DNA from: Lytechinus pictus
Taxonomy: Eukaryota
Length of the DNA stretch: 64,000 bases
Assembly: GCF_037042905.1 (NCBI RefSeq)
Contig: NC_087245.1
Coordinates: 11,286,001 to 11,350,000, forward strand
Direction of reading: 5' to 3'
Position numbers and translations under genes: made by a program. Position 1 is the stretch's first letter; every line of letters begins with the position of its first letter. Positions 62,001 through 64,000 of the stretch are shown in pieces. The notes beneath the pieces were generated by a model that worked only from the letters and a program-made list of their open reading frames with translations, had not been told where the DNA came from and made no database searches.

Positions 62001-62508
62001 ACTGCACAAATCATGCATGCACGAAACTACAAATAAATATTTGAGCAAAATATGTGTATGTCATTTTGTCATATCATGAATGTAAAGGCAAATGAAGAAC
62101 TACAATTTTCATTGGATCATTTGATTTTATATTCCACCCGACCCCCTCCGACAAAAATGAAATAAATATACTTTAAAAGAGGCCTTGCAATTCCCAATGG
62201 GTTTTTTTAACCTACATGTATCTCCCAACTTCAAATTCCTTTTAAAGTGCTAAGTATCATCTACCTCCTAGAGGGGAGGGACTCAATCATCCCTATGATA
62301 AGCTGGTGGTAAAATCCACCATTGTTTGATGTAATCTCACAGCCATTTGTGTGTTTCGATGCTGAAGCTTCAATCCAGATGACATCATCAACCAAAGTAG
62401 CAAAACCTCAGCTACAGAGGCCGAGTGTAGGTGGCACACCGGTGGCACACCATCATATCTGGAGGAAGAGCTCATGCTCGTTATTTCTCTTCTGTACAGC
62501 AGCAGTTA

Positions 62509-63234
62509 TCATTTCTTCACCTTGCACATCTGACCATAATAAAAGAGAGATGAAAGTCTTGATTGTTTAATTTTACACCAACAAGAAAAATAATGTACTT
62601 TAAAGGGAGTTCAAGTGCTCAACCCTAAAATTGTTTGTGAAAAAGGAAAAGAAAAAGAGAATATGAAGCTGCAAAATAAATTGGATAAGGAATGAGTTTT
62701 TTTAAGATCACCAAGAAGAACTATTTAAATTTCAAACTATCTATTTTGATTTTTTTAATCTGCTTCTCTGACTTTTCACATTCTTTCTTTCAGACTAGTA
62801 ACCTGATGGATTCCCTTTATATCCTTTGCTCTCCATGTAGTCTCAAGAACTTCACTAGCTTTAAAAACAATACCTGATAATCTTTATCATCTGGCCCATA
62901 TTTAGTTAAGAGTACTATGGTGATGGAATAACTATAATCAAAGTAGTGTATGAGGAAAATTTCCAAACTGATTCATTATGGGCAAACATGAAATTCCAAA
63001 AAACTAAGTGTCAATCCAAATTATTTTGAAGTAGTCTGAACTCAGAGGTATATTTTCTTATGATGTACATGTAGAAGATTTTTTTTTTCTAAGTTGAATA
63101 AATTATCTTAATTTCATTATTTGTTTGTATCTCACCACTTTCTGAAGACATTCCTTGTAGACTTGAAACTCTTTGGCACAGTCATTTCTACCTACATGGT
63201 CCTTGGCAGAAACGCATCGACCGTAAGCAAGTGC
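62509..63234 (-). CDS. NDUFAF8: NADH:ubiquinone oxidoreductase assembly factor 8-like (twin CX9C), last two coding exons 63234-63136 and 62529-62509; first exon not found, probably beyond the window end
   Basis: Spliced ALAYGRCVSAKDHVGRNDCAKEFQVYKECLQKV|MCKVKK* resembles human NDUFAF8 (A.AYGRCV...D.CA.EF.....C, recalled from memory). Canonical AG/GT junctions, phase 0. Not present in the ORF track. Confidence 0.8.
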
Positions 63235-64000
63235 CTTTATCACACAGAAAGAGAATCATAATAATTTTGGTTACTTAAAAAAGTTGGAAAATGAAACTGC
63301 AAAAGCTCCAATACCTAGGTAGAGAGGTAACAAGTAAGCTGAAAATAAGTTGAATGTCACAAACAATAATTGAAATCATCTTTAAAGCTGAATTTGCACA
63401 CCACCTATCGTAATTTGTGATATTTTGCTTTACAAAACAAAAGAAATATAACATAATTTTTTCAGTGTATCTATTGTAAACTTTTTATACAATGCTATAC
63501 AATTGCATGGTGTGGCCAACATCTGTGTATTTATTAGGAGTATATGCATTTATCAGATCAGAGCCCCATTCAAGAAAAGTTACTATTAAAGTTCTATTGC
63601 CATACGATGGTAACTATCATAGTTACGATGATAGACAGCAAATCAGAATCAAGGATTTTCTGGGAAGTTACTGTTGGATTGGATGGTAACATTGCAAATA
63701 GTAACATTATGGAGTGTTATACAGACTCTCACTAAAAGTTGGACGAGACTTCCACTTAATATGGCAGCCATCCAAATTGATTAAAAAAACAGTAGCCTAT
63801 GTAGATGTTTTGATCTCCTGGTGCAGACAGATGTGGACTAATCAAATTCTTGTAAGGTTTGTGCAAAATACGATTTAATAAGTAGCATGAATTTGTTGCA
63901 ACTCAGGAGAGAAAATGGCTTTTATTAAGACTGTGCAAAAAAATGTTAAAGGCATTCATTTTACAAGCAAGGGGTGGTTTTTTGTGTGTCATATCATCTG

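Noticed and set aside
62506..62511. TGA of the NDUFAF8-like gene as selenocysteine or read-through
   Set aside because: Immediately followed by TAA, and no SECIS was identified.

Overview
AT-rich, intron-rich eukaryotic genomic DNA. The repeat landscape resembles an echinoderm, probably a sea urchin; this is an inference. I reconstructed three spliced protein genes by hand from GT-AG junctions. Two are tandem, highly diverged MS4A/CD20-like four-TM genes on + (5 coding exons each: 9584-21615 and 42257-50756). The third is the last two coding exons of an NDUFAF8-like CX9C gene on - (62509-63234). Between the MS4A-like genes lies a 5'-truncated Penelope-like (Neptune-type) retroelement (RT + GIY-YIG, about 27670-30980) inserted in a (TA)n microsatellite. 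It has tandem and inverted pseudo-LTRs, and each outer end carries a minimal type-I hammerhead ribozyme. The rest of the window holds many non-autonomous DNA transposons (hAT-, Tc1/mariner-, Kolobok-, CACTA-, PIF-, Merlin- and Academ-like), some nested, plus SINE/LINE fragments. Notable oddities are three 24-32 bp palindromic inserts with 7-bp TSDs (candidate P-superfamily excision footprints), a 2.8-kb foldback element with inverted ~190-bp arrays of a YY1-like motif, a MITE that moved as a dimer, and an apparent CpG-rich to CpG-poor switch near 37-39 kb. Most short ORFs in the supplied track are spurious.
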